This document shows, one piece after another, positions 13,001 through 25,000 of a stretch of DNA of 64,000 nt (positions are counted from its first letter, which is position 1; the number at the start of each line of letters is the position of its first letter). The stretch comes from Macrostomum lignano. Its lineage: Eukaryota. The notes beneath the pieces were generated by a model. The model was not told the origin of the DNA, searched no databases, and was given only the letters and a program-made list of their open reading frames with translations. Location: the NCBI GenBank assembly GCA_002269645.1, contig NIVC01001371.1:62001-126000 (forward strand). Direction: 5' to 3'. The position numbers and the translations under genes are program-made.

Positions 13001-16000
13001 GGCAGTGCCCGAAGACCGAAAATTTGAAACGTTACAATGTCGGAAGCGATATCCCACTCTGCAGCTGCCAGCCTCACTCTAAGCGAGCTGTTCTTCTTCG
13101 TGGACAAATTGCCTTTCCAGATGATGTCCAGCATCTCCTGGCAGCAGCGATGGGAGATGAACTTGATTGAGCCGCCTTCGGCAGCCAGCACGAAACAGGT
13201 GCTCTGACCGTAGAAGGGCAGCTCGCGGACCAGGTTCTCCTGGGTGTTGCTCTGGTTGTCTCGGTAGCACTCCTCCAGGACGCCTTCGGCTCGGGCCTCG
13301 AATGCGCTGTGGAATTTGAAGTTGAGTACTGAGTAGAGAGTAGAGTAGAGTAGAGTAGAATGGAGTAGAGTAGAGTAGAGTAGAGTAGAGTAGAGTAGAT
13401 CCGAGATCCCGGGTCTCACTTGGCCAACGCCTCGAGCTGCTCTTTCTCTGTGAGATCGTCACTAAACGCTCTGGACTCTCTGAGCAGCATGGCCGCAAAC
13501 AGCGCCCCGGCAATGCACTCCTTCTCTAGGCTCCAGAAGAACTCGGCCAGTGCGGTACGCTGAGTGAGCAGGCTCCAGGTGAACAGGTCCAGCGCCGGTC
13601 GCTCCATGGAGATGTGGCTGCCCGCGTCTAGGTAGGGGGACATTTCGGGGTTAGCAGCTTCCACTGTGGGTCATCTGCACATTCCACTGTGGGTCATCTG
13701 CACATTTCACTGTGGGCCATCTGCACCTTCCACTGTGAGTCATCGGCACCTTCCACTGTGGGTCATCCGCACCTTCCACTGTGGGTCATCTGCACCTTCC
13801 ACTGTGGGTCATCTGCACATTTCACTGTGGGCCATCTGCACCTTCCACTGTGGGTCATCCGCACCTTCCACTGTGGGCCATCTGCACCTTCCACTGTGGG
13901 TCATCCGCACCTTCCACTGTGGGTCATCTGCACCTTCCACTGTGGGTCATCTGCACATTTCACTGTGGGCCATCTGCACCTTCCACTGTGGGTCATCCGC
14001 ACCTTCCACTGTGGGTCATCTGCACCTTCCACTGTGGGTCATCTGCACATTTCACTGTGGGCCATCTGCACCTTCCACTGTGGGTCATCCGCACCTTCCA
14101 CTGTGGGTCATCTGCACCTTCCACTGTGGGTCATCTGCACATTTCACTGTGGGCCATCTGCACCTTCCACTGTGGGTCATCCGCACCTTCCACTGTGGGT
14201 CATCCGCACCTTCCACTGTGGGTACTCTGCACCTTCCACTGTGGGTCATCTGCACATTTCACTGTGGGCCATCTGCACATTTCACTGTGGGCCATCTGCA
14301 CCTTCCACTGTGGGTCATCTGCACCTTCCACTGTGGGTCATCCGCACCTTCCACTGTGGGTACTCTGCACCTTCCACTGTGGGTCATCTGCACATTTCAC
14401 TGTGGGCCATCTGCACATTTCACTGTGGGCCATCTGCACCTTCCACTGTGGGTCATCTGCACCTTCCACTGTGGGTCATCTGCACCTTCCACTGTGGGTC
14501 ATCATTTATCCGTAGTTTGCCATCGCTCAAACCTACCAGATGTTTTTCTGTCAATCTCGTTCGAGCTGAATTTAACATAGGCGGCATTACTAAAGCCAAG
14601 ACCGCGTTTGCCTTTGGCCGAATCTGCAATGGGAGTCGATAAGATGCTGTACCGCCTTTATGACTTTAATTATATTTACTAACTTAGCAACAAAGAAAAT
14701 TTAATTTGTCACTCACCGCCAATTCGAAAGTCTCTCTGAAACTCTTTGCTGAGATAGAATGGCTTGTAGAATGAGCCCATCATGTGCAGCAGCACTCTGC
14801 CAATGTCTTCCATGGTGACGTTAACGACCCCCTGGAATAACAGGAGAATACTAGGTGAGTATGAAGTTCGTGACAAAATCTGGAGTGAAAAGCTTCGAAA
14901 CCGTAGATTTTTAGATCTAGAAATCTGGAATAGAAATTGCTGACTAAACCATGGAGTTTTAGACTTAGAATCTAGAGTGGAAACTGCTGACTAAACCATG
15001 GAGTTTTAGACTTAGAATCTAGAGTGGAAACTGCTGACTAAACCATGGAGTTTTAGACTTAGAATCTAGAGTGGAAACTGCTGACTAAACCATGGAGTTT
15101 TAGACTTAGAATCTAGAGTGGAAACTGCTGACTAAACCATGGAGTTTTAGACTTAGAATCTAGAGTGGAAACTGCTGACTAAACCATGGAGTTTTAGACT
15201 TAGAATCTAGAGTGGAAACTGCTGACTAAACCATGGAGTTTTAGACTTAGAATCTAGAGTGGAAACTGCTGACTAAACCATGGAGTTTTAGACTTAGAAT
15301 CTAGAGTGGAAACTGCTGACTAAACCATGGAGTTTTAGACTTAGAATCTAGAGTGGAAACTGCTGACTAAACCATGGAGTTTTAGACTTAGAATCTAGAG
15401 TGGAAACTGCTGACTAAACCATGGAGTTGTAGACTTAGAATCTAGAGTGGAAACTGCTGACTAAACCATGGAGTTTTAGACTTAGAATCTAGAGTGGAAA
15501 CTGCTGACTAAACCATGGAGTTTTAGACTTAGAATCTAGAGTGGAAACTGCTGACTAAACCATGGAGTTTTAGACTTAGAATCTAGAGTGGAAACTGCTG
15601 ACTAAACCATGGAGTTTTAGACTTAGAATCTAGAGTGGAAACTGCTGACTAAACCATGGAGTTTTAGACTTAGAATCTAGAGTGGAAACTGCTGACTAAA
15701 CCATGGAGTTGTAGACTTAGAATCTAGAGTGGAAACTGCTGACTAAACCATGGAGTTTTAGACTTAGAATCTAGAGTGGAAACTGCTGACTAAACCATGG
15801 AGTTTTAGACTTAGAATCTAGAGTGGAAACTGCTGACTAAACCATGGAGTTTTAGACTTAGAATCTAGAGTGGAAACTGCTGACTAAACCATGGAGTTGT
15901 AGACTTAGAATCTAGAGTGGAAACTGCTGACTAAACCATGGAGTTGTAGACTTAGAATCTAGAGTGGAAACTGCTGACTAAACCATGGAGTTTTAGACTT

Positions 16001-19000
16001 AGAATCTAGAGTGGAAACTGCTGACTAAACCATGGAGTTTTAGACTTAGAATCTAGAGTGGAAACTGCTGACTAAACCATGGAGTTTTAGACTTAGAATC
16101 TAGAGTGGAAACTGCTGACTAAACCATGGAGTTGTAGACTTAGAATCTAGAGTGGAAACTGCTGACTAAACCATGGAGTTGTAGACTTAGAATCTAGAGT
16201 GGAAATTGCTGACTAAACCATGGAGTTTTAGACTTAGAATCTAGAGTGGAAACTGCTGACTAAACCATGGAGTTGTAGACTTAGAATCTAGAGTGGAAAT
16301 TGCTGACTAAACCATGGAGTTTTAGACTTAGAATCTAGAGTGGAAACTGCTGACTAAACCATGGAGTTGTAGACTTAGAATCTAGAGTGGAAACTGCTGA
16401 CTAAACCATGGAGTTGTAGACTTAGAATCTAGAGTGGAAACTGCTGACTAAACCATGGAGTTTTAGACTTAGAATCTAGAGTGGAAACTGCTGACTAAAC
16501 CATGGAGTTTTAGACTTAGAATCTAGAGTGGAAACTGCTGACTAAACCATGGAGTTTTAGACTTAGAATCTAGAGTGGAAACTGCTGACTAAACCATGGA
16601 GTTTTAGACTTAGAATCTAGAGTGGAAACTGCTGACTAAACCATGGAGTTGTAGACTTAGAATCTAGAGTGGAAACTGCTGACTAAACCATGGAGTTGTA
16701 GACTTAGAATCTAGAGTGGAAACTGCTGACTAAACCATGGAGTTGTAGACTTAGAATCTAGAGTGGAAACTGCTGACTAAACCATGGAGTTTTAGACTTA
16801 GAATCTAGAGTGGAAACTGCTGACTAAACCATGGAGTTTTAGACTTAGAATCTAGAGTGGAAACTGCTGACTAAACCATGGAGTTTTAGACTTAGAATCT
16901 AGAGTGGAAACTGCTGACTAAACCATGGAGTTTTAGACCTAGAATCTAGAGCGGAAACTGCACTTTTCCTTCAGATTTCATGCCGATAGAGTGACTATCA
17001 AACAAGATTAGGAAAAAATTCGTACCGTCTTCCCGACCGCAACCTGCAGTCCGTTTCTCAGGATTCCAATTGTTTGACTCTGAAATTTTTTGCAACAACT
17101 TTTATTGCAAATTTTGTATTCAAGTCAGAAAGGCATTAGTCTGTCCTTCTGGCACAAAAAAGAACAGAGCGAGAAGTTTCTGCTTATCGGACTATTATTG
17201 TTTGACTAAGTTTGAACTGTCTGTTCACAGCTATTATCTAGCAATACTGGGAGCAGTTCCAGGGGTCCACGCGTTCGTAAACCCACCCCAGTTGTGACAT
17301 CCTCGGTGTACAAATCCTCCAGCAGCTGGATGGTGACGAACTGCTCCAGGCTGAAGCCCTGCTGTACAAACAGCTTCACGAAGGCCACCTTGTTGTCCCG
17401 CAGCGCGTCTCGCATGAAGTTGTCCAGGTCGCCTTTGCGCCATTTCTTGTTCTCGCCGAACACTTTCTGCTTGGCGACGTCGCTGCGATCCAGTGCCAGG
17501 GCGATCTTCAGCTGCGCTTTGTTGAACCGCTCCGACTCTTCGTGGCCGTCGGTGCCGGCCGAGTTGAGCAGAGAGGCCAGAATTTTCGCGTCCAAATCCG
17601 ACGGCGCGTCCTCGTCAAGGCTGAAGATCTCGATGCTCTGCTTCCGGCGGAGTATGTCGACAAGCGTGGCCACCTCCCGGTCGAGATCCGTGCCCAGCGG
17701 CAGGGTCCAGATGTCCAGCATGAGGTTGCGCAGCCGGTTGAACTCGAGAATGTCCTGCTCGCGTTCGATGTTCTTCTTCTTGTGCTTAGCGTGCTCAACT
17801 TCGGCGAGGTCATCGATGAGGACGGCTAGAAGGTCGGCGAGGCCGCCGGTTCCTTTGATGAGCACCAGCGGCACCTGGTTGCGGCACAGGCTGGCGTGGA
17901 CGCCCCGCAGTGCGTGCCGGCTGCCACCAGACAGCAGGCCGCAGATGGGCACTGTGCCTGAAGGATGGTGGAATTGGCACCTGTGTGCACCTACCCGTCA
18001 GCCAGTTTAAGCCATAGAATATACAGTAGATTCTGTACGCTGTAGGTTCTGTATACACTACAAACAGGCAATCCATGCCTTCCCCGCCTGTACGCTGTAT
18101 ATGCCTCGAGGCTGTTCTCATCTCAAATTTCTCGTCTTAACACTGGGTGATGCAATTTGCGTCACATAGGCCCCAGCTTAGGCTGGTGAGGAGAGAGTGG
18201 AGAGTTATGGCTTGGGCTGGATTAAAGCTGCTGCCACTTGCTGACCACTGGCTTCGGGGTGGAATCTTTAACATGTTGCTGAGTGTATGTGCACTGCATA
18301 AGTTGATAAGTTATTTCGAGCAACTGCTATGATGGCTTCTGAAGGCTACGATTTCGGTTTAGGTTTTCCATGAAACAAAACTTGCTGCACAAACCTAAAT
18401 ATACTAAATCTCTAATCAAATCTATCTTCTAATCTACGAGTATCTTCTTCTTCTTCTTCTTCTTCTTCTTCTTCTTCTAATCTTCTAATATATCTTTTAT
18501 CTTTTTACCTATACTAAATATGTTTGTCTGTCTGTAACATTTTAGAGATTGAACCGAAATATTCGAAAAACGAGTTTTCCCAATGCTTTTAATGGGAGAC
18601 CAAACCAAGTTGAATTCTTGACTGGCTGAATTCCAATTCCAATAATCATAACTGCGTTCCAATAATCATAACTACAGTCATGACTGCGTTCTGAATATTC
18701 CCGCTATAAATTGACTCTGAACTTTTTTATGTGGAGACGGTGTGCCAAGCATTGCGCATTCACTCTGGCGAAAGAGAAATCTGCCAGTGCAGTTGAAAAG
18801 TAATAAACTTATTGATTGTGTACAATACTCGTATTATGTACATTTATGGTCCTTTCCCTGTCTACAGAATTTTCGCTATATGGAACAGACTGAATGCCTG
18901 AACCAATTCTGATCGCGTTTTCTGCAAAAGATTTAAGATTTCTTTGGTTAAAATTTAGTCCGTCTGCTTAAATGTTCAGTGCTTTAAAAATTCGGAAACC

Positions 19001-22000
19001 TGTTTTTGCAAAGATCAAATTTGCTTGATGTGACTTGTGACTGTCTAAATCGCAATAAAGTTTATTGCATCACAGCTTGCAGAAAACTGCGTGAATTGGA
19101 GGGGCAGAGTGAAATGCTGACTGGGTGCAAAGGTGAGAAAAATAACCAATGGTCGCGTGTGTACATTCAGATTCTCTGACCCTGTCTGAATGGCAGTGAC
19201 TCAGCCAACTCATTAATGTGCAGCTGCCTTCACTGTACGTTGCAACTGTATGTAGGCAGATGGAGCAGCCTAAGCAGAAGATTGACAGTTCGAGTCTACA
19301 TTGAAGCAGAGAATTGATCTCTGCAACCTGTGACAATAATGGTTGTCTCCCGTGCAGATTCATGCAGATTTTTTTATCAATTCAATTTCAATTCATGCGT
19401 TAATCAGTGCAAAGCTGATATGAGTAAGTGCTAATTTACTGGGATAGTGCTAATCGGGGTGAGCAGCACTAATTTGAGGGAGCTGTGCTAATCGGGGTGA
19501 GCAGCACTAATTTGGGGGAGCTGTGCTAATCGGGGTGAGCAGCACTAATTTGAGGGAGCTGTGCTAATCGGGGTGAGCAGCACTAATTTGAGGGAGCTGT
19601 GCTAATCGGGGTGAGCAGCACTAATTTGAGGGAGCTTTGCTAATCTGTCTTGTACAGTAAAGTGATAAGTTCGAGAGGATTGCAAATCAATATTTAATTG
19701 CAAGTTGCAAACGTTTCAAATGATTTCGATTTATTGAGAAATATGTAGATTTGTGGCTATCTGCTCAGGGATTGTGGGAAACTGTGCTGGTGAATCATTG
19801 CTAAACTGTTAGTGAAATGTCGCAAATTTCTTAAATAAAAGCTATTTGTAAAGAGAAAACTCAATGAAAGCGATGTCAACCAAAAAAGCGCCCTGTCGAA
19901 TATGAGACTCATTGGGAATTGCTAAGATGTCAAGACAAATGGGGGGAATCTCTAAGAGTCAAGGCTTAGGGCGGAAATTGCTGAGATGTCAGGCTCATGG
20001 AAATAGTTACTGAAATTCTGTGGCTGTTGGGGGAATTGCTAAAATGTCAAGGCTTTTGTGCGGGGGTCGAACTGCAGAGTTGTTAGGTCTCATGGGGGAA
20101 TTATCTGGAATGCTTAGGCTCAAGGTCCATGGGAGCTGCTGAGATTCCAAGACTTATGTGGGGAATTACTGAAATGCTTTTGCTCATGAGGGAATGGCTG
20201 AAATGTTGAGGTTTCAGCAGGATTAGAGTTAAGTTAGGGCTAGGGTTAATCCATAAAAAATCCCTTGTCGACTGAATAAAAAAGTCTTATGCATGAGGGA
20301 ATTGCTATTGCCCAGTGGTCCAGCGCGGCGCTCTGATGTGCCAGCGGCCCAGGCTCGATTCCAAGTGCAGTCACATTAATTTGGGGCTAAACTGGAATTT
20401 CGGCTTGGCTCTGCTCGTGCAATTAACGCCCTTAAGGCCCAACCCCCAAGGCACAGTGAAGTGTACATGCCTAACGATAAATAAAGTTTTTGCCGCTGTA
20501 CACTCCTGTGTGAGTGCGTGCCTGTGCGTATGACTGCGTACGCATCCGCGCGCTTGCTTGCTCAGGGGAGTCGGCGGAATGGGCAGCAATGCCTCTCGCC
20601 GGTTGAGTGACAATGTCGCTTAAAGGGCGCCAGGGTGCACACAACCCCCTGCCTCTAATAAAAAATGGGTGGCAAAAATCTTTTCATTGTCAAAGCGACT
20701 TACTCGCACTAAATGACAAGGATGTTTAAAACTGCTTGGATATTATATTAGAGATTAAAACGACATTCTTGGTAACTCAAAGCATCTTCATAGCTTGTTT
20801 GTTTGCTATACCAAGAATATATAATTCGCCTTTTCTACGTTAAAAAACATGTGAAAAAGTCCCGCAAAATCTTTGCAAAATGAAATCACACTATTGCCAT
20901 TAGCAAGCAAACTTTGCAGGGCTTTCTTTATAGAATTTAGACAAGTCATTTTACTTCTTAGAAAAAAAATTATATCCAATATTAATTAATTGTTTTTCTC
21001 CACTGTTTGTTAATTTTCACACTCTTAAATTACTTAGTGGAACCTGATCTCGATACTGCAGTTGTAACCCATGCAGTTTTATACAGAATTGTAGTTAAAA
21101 TTGTGCAAATTCCGTTAGAGACAGTTTTTTCCCAATCCAAACCCAGGTTAGGCTTTATAATTTGAGCAAAATTCAGATCCGGTTGTAAAATTCAAATGAG
21201 CAATCCACATGCAGCAGCAACTTTACTTGTGAGAGTTGGCCTCCAGCATCGGGTTGGTGCGACATGCAAACATTGATCTTGGCAACTGCAAACTCTGATA
21301 TTTGAGGGAGTTGCTGAGACGTCAAGGCTTGGGGGGAATTGCTGAGACGTCAAGGCTTGGGGGGGATTGCTGAGACGTCAAGGCTTGAGGGGAATTGCTG
21401 AGACGTCAAGGCTTGGGGGAATTGCTGAGACGTCAAGGCTTGAGGGGAATTGCTGAGACGTCAAGGCTTGAGGGGAATTGCTGAGACGTCAAGGCTTGAG
21501 GGGAATTGCTGAGACGTCAAGGCTTGAGGGGAATTGCTGAGACGTCAAGGCTTGAGGGGAATTGCTGAGACGTCAAGGCTTGAGGGGAATTGCTGAGACG
21601 TCAAGGCTTGAGGGGATTGCTGAGACGTCAAGGCTTGAGGGGATTGCTGAGACGTCAAGGCTTGGGGGGATTGCTGAGACGTCAAGGCTTGGGGGGGATT
21701 GCTGAGATAGCAAGGCTTGGAGGGGAATTGCTAAGATATAAAGGCTGTGGTAAAAAGCTACATGTAATTTTTTATCATTATTGTACATTGTACATCTTGT
21801 ATACTTGGATACATCTTGTATACATCTTGTATATTGTACATCTTTGTTGGCTCCTTTGTGCGCTGATTGCTAGTCACTAAATCTTCAAAATATACTCTAT
21901 ATAAAATATACTGAATGCCTGAACCGATTTTTATCGAACTTTCTTTATTCAAATAGAAATTCTTGTGAAATTGTCTGGATCTCATTGTTTTGAAAAAGTC

Positions 22001-25000
22001 GAATGGAAAGATGATTAAATGTTCGAAAAACATGATTTTTGCAAAGGTCAAGCAAAATTCCTTATTTTAAATGCATTTTAAGAATCTCGACTGACTGATT
22101 TGCATTCCAATTGAGATTGCGCCACTTTTCTCTCTCCACAATGCTGGGCCTCAATGCTGGGCCTCAATGCTGGCTGCGTGTGTACATTCTGACCCTGGCT
22201 GACTGGCTGGCGGACTGCATAGACAATTGCTGTTTATAGATTTCACTCAACTGGCTTACTGGTGGAATTACTGAGATGTCAAGGCTTACAAGGGAATTGC
22301 AGGGGTATTGAGAGAAGAAGCTACACGTAGTTTATTTTAAAATTTGTATTGCATTCTTTGTTGGCCCCCCAAAGGGGGCGCTGATTGCTAGGGAAAGTTA
22401 AATTTCGCAGTTCTGTGATATAATAAAAAACAGCAGTTTATTCGAGCAAGTGTATTCGAACAGGAACTTGTGAATTGCTACAGAGAATGAAGAGAAAATG
22501 AGGAAACAGACACTCAAGCGGCATCGGCTTTGACTTCTATGGCTATGGCTTTTATGGCTATGGCTTCTACGGCTATGGCTTCTGCGGCTTTTATGGCTAT
22601 GGCTTCTGCGACTATGGCTTTTATGGCTATGGCTTCTGTGGCTATAGCTTCTGTGGCTATGACTTCTATGGCTATAGCTTTTATGGCTATGGCTTCTGCG
22701 ACTATGGCTTTTATGGCTATGGCTTCTATAGCTATGGCTTCTGTGGCTTTTATGGCTATGGCTTCTGCGACTATGGCTTTTATGGCTATGGCTTCTGTGG
22801 CTATGGCTTCTGTGGCTATGAATTCTTTGGCTATTGTTTTTTATGGCTATGGCTTCTATGGCTATGGCTTTTGCAACTACGGCTTTTGTGACTATGGCTT
22901 CCAACCCCAAGAACTCTCTTGCTTATTTGAAGGTCTTACACTGAAATCGAAACAGTCAAACTTGTAAACAAAAAACAGTACAGCTTTTGTTGAGCTATAA
23001 AAAACGGACACCCAAAGTTAAAAACCAATATAGTACAAAGACAGGTTAGGCCCTCGACAACAAGCAAATTTCAGAGTGAGAAACTCGACTGAAAGACCAG
23101 CAAGCCCAGGATTGGAAACCCAAACATGCAATTAATGGGCCACAGAGTCCTGCCAAGGACTGATGAGAGCCAGCACAATCCGTAGCACGGATGACTATCG
23201 GCTCGTTTAGCATGAGTTTGAATGCCCAACCCTAGGCTTGCAAGTCTCTCAGTCGAGTTTTTTAGTCAGAAATCTGCGTGCTGCGTGTTGTCTATGGCCC
23301 AACCTGTCTTTACTATCTATTGGCCTACAACCTTGGGTGTTACAGCTATGGATAAATACGACGTACAGACAGATACAGAAATTACAAAAATTGACGCAAA
23401 AAGCTAAAACACAAAAAACGCGGATTTACAAAATATTGTCACTAAGACCGTTACTTAACGTTGATGAGAAAATATTAAAATAATAATTTGACGGAATAAA
23501 CTAATTGGCAGGCTAAGCGCAAGGTTGGTGCTACGTGTAATATTGAAAAACTAAAAACGTTTTTGACGCATAGTCAATTCTAAAAAGAGCATTAGAAAAG
23601 TCCTCAGACACTATCGGCTCGCATACTCAAGACTTAAGCAGCGGCAGCAGGTACTCGAATTTCTTCTGAATCCAAATCACATCAGATTCTTTCATCGTCC
23701 TAGCGTCCAGCGCTTTCAAGGACACCGACTTCCACACAGTGTAGTTCCTGCTAGTGAAAAAGTCGATAATAAAGGCCCTGTCGTTGCCCTGCATGTGGCC
23801 GGAGAGGAACTCCATCTGCACTGCCGCTATGGTGAACTGGCTGAACAGGCAGCCGGAAGTTCTCAGGAAGTCGGCCTCACCGCCCTCGATGTCCAGCTTG
23901 ATGACGACGTTCTGCGTGCCGATGAGACCACACAACCGCTCGCTGCGTACCGGCATCACGGGAATCGAGTCGGTCACGGCCCGGCCGAACTTGGTCGCTC
24001 CGCCGACGTTGCAGTCCCCGGGGAAGTTGAGGTAGCTCAGCGTGTCTCCGGACCCGATGAAGTTCCACACAAGAGCAGCGTCCAGCGCAGACGCTTTTAG
24101 GCTCAGGCGGAGTCGAAGCAGGTTGCGGATGTTCGCGTCCAGCGACACGACGGGCAGGCCGAGCCTCGCCGCCAGCAGGCTGTACACGCCAATGTTGCAG
24201 CCAGCGTCCAGGAAGGTCACGTTCGGCACCCTCTGCACCAGTTTCATGGTGGCGTGGACCAGGTCCTTTTCCCAGTGGTGATTCTTCTTGATGGCCTCGG
24301 AGATCATGTCTCTGTCAGGGTAGACGAATATCTTCACCTTGGAATTGCTCGCGTCCAGCAGGTCCGCGGTGGCGCTGCCCGAGCGCACAACCCCGAGGAG
24401 TCTCTCGTCGAAGGGATTCCGCAGTTGGCACAATGGGAAGCGGTCGGCTGTCTTCTCGTACGCGTTGACCCCGCTGCACAGGACGCGCCGCAGAGCCGGC
24501 TGTTGGAAGTCCAGATCGCGCAGCTCTTTGAAGCTTTTGCATCCGGTTTCCACAGTTGAAGGCGGCAGGGTTTTCAGCGGCACCGTCAGGTTCGGGACCG
24601 TTGGCTCAGTTGTGATGACAGCAGCTGACCTGCCAGTAAGGACAGCTTGCTTAGCGAATGCGCCTTCAAGCTGGGTCGCGCTGGCCTCTTGAAGGTCCCT
24701 CAGAGCTTGCAGCTTTGCGAACAGCAGCCCGGCGGCTGTGCAGCCCAGCAGCAACAGCAGCAGCTTGACTTTCTGGTATTGGCGGTGCATCCTGTTTTCG
24801 TTTAATAGCTAACGAATAAGGCAATAAAGAGTCTCCTTGGCCGTGCGAGTCTCATTCTGTTCGTTATATTTATCGCGTCAATTCAGAACAATAGCTGGGG
24901 GATGGGAGCCTTTTAGGAAATATTCCTGTCTATTTTCCTAGGACCGGTTCTCTCCGGTTGCACTCAGTACAGTCACTGGTTGTCATGGAGACCGCATTTT

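Noticed and set aside
14935-16958. CRISPR-like regular 47-bp repeats (also the 59-, 43- and 33-bp arrays)
   Set aside because: Units are head-to-tail with no unique spacers, there are no cas genes, and the context is eukaryotic introns.
20325-20345. CTGATG in SINE-B as a hammerhead ribozyme core
   Set aside because: Reads CUGAUGU rather than CUGANGA, and no paired GAAA or three-stem junction was found.
23194-23621. 12-bp direct repeat ACTATCGGCTCG flanking 404 bp as a target-site duplication
   Set aside because: About one such match is expected by chance in 64 kb, and the enclosed sequence has no polyA tail or TIRs.
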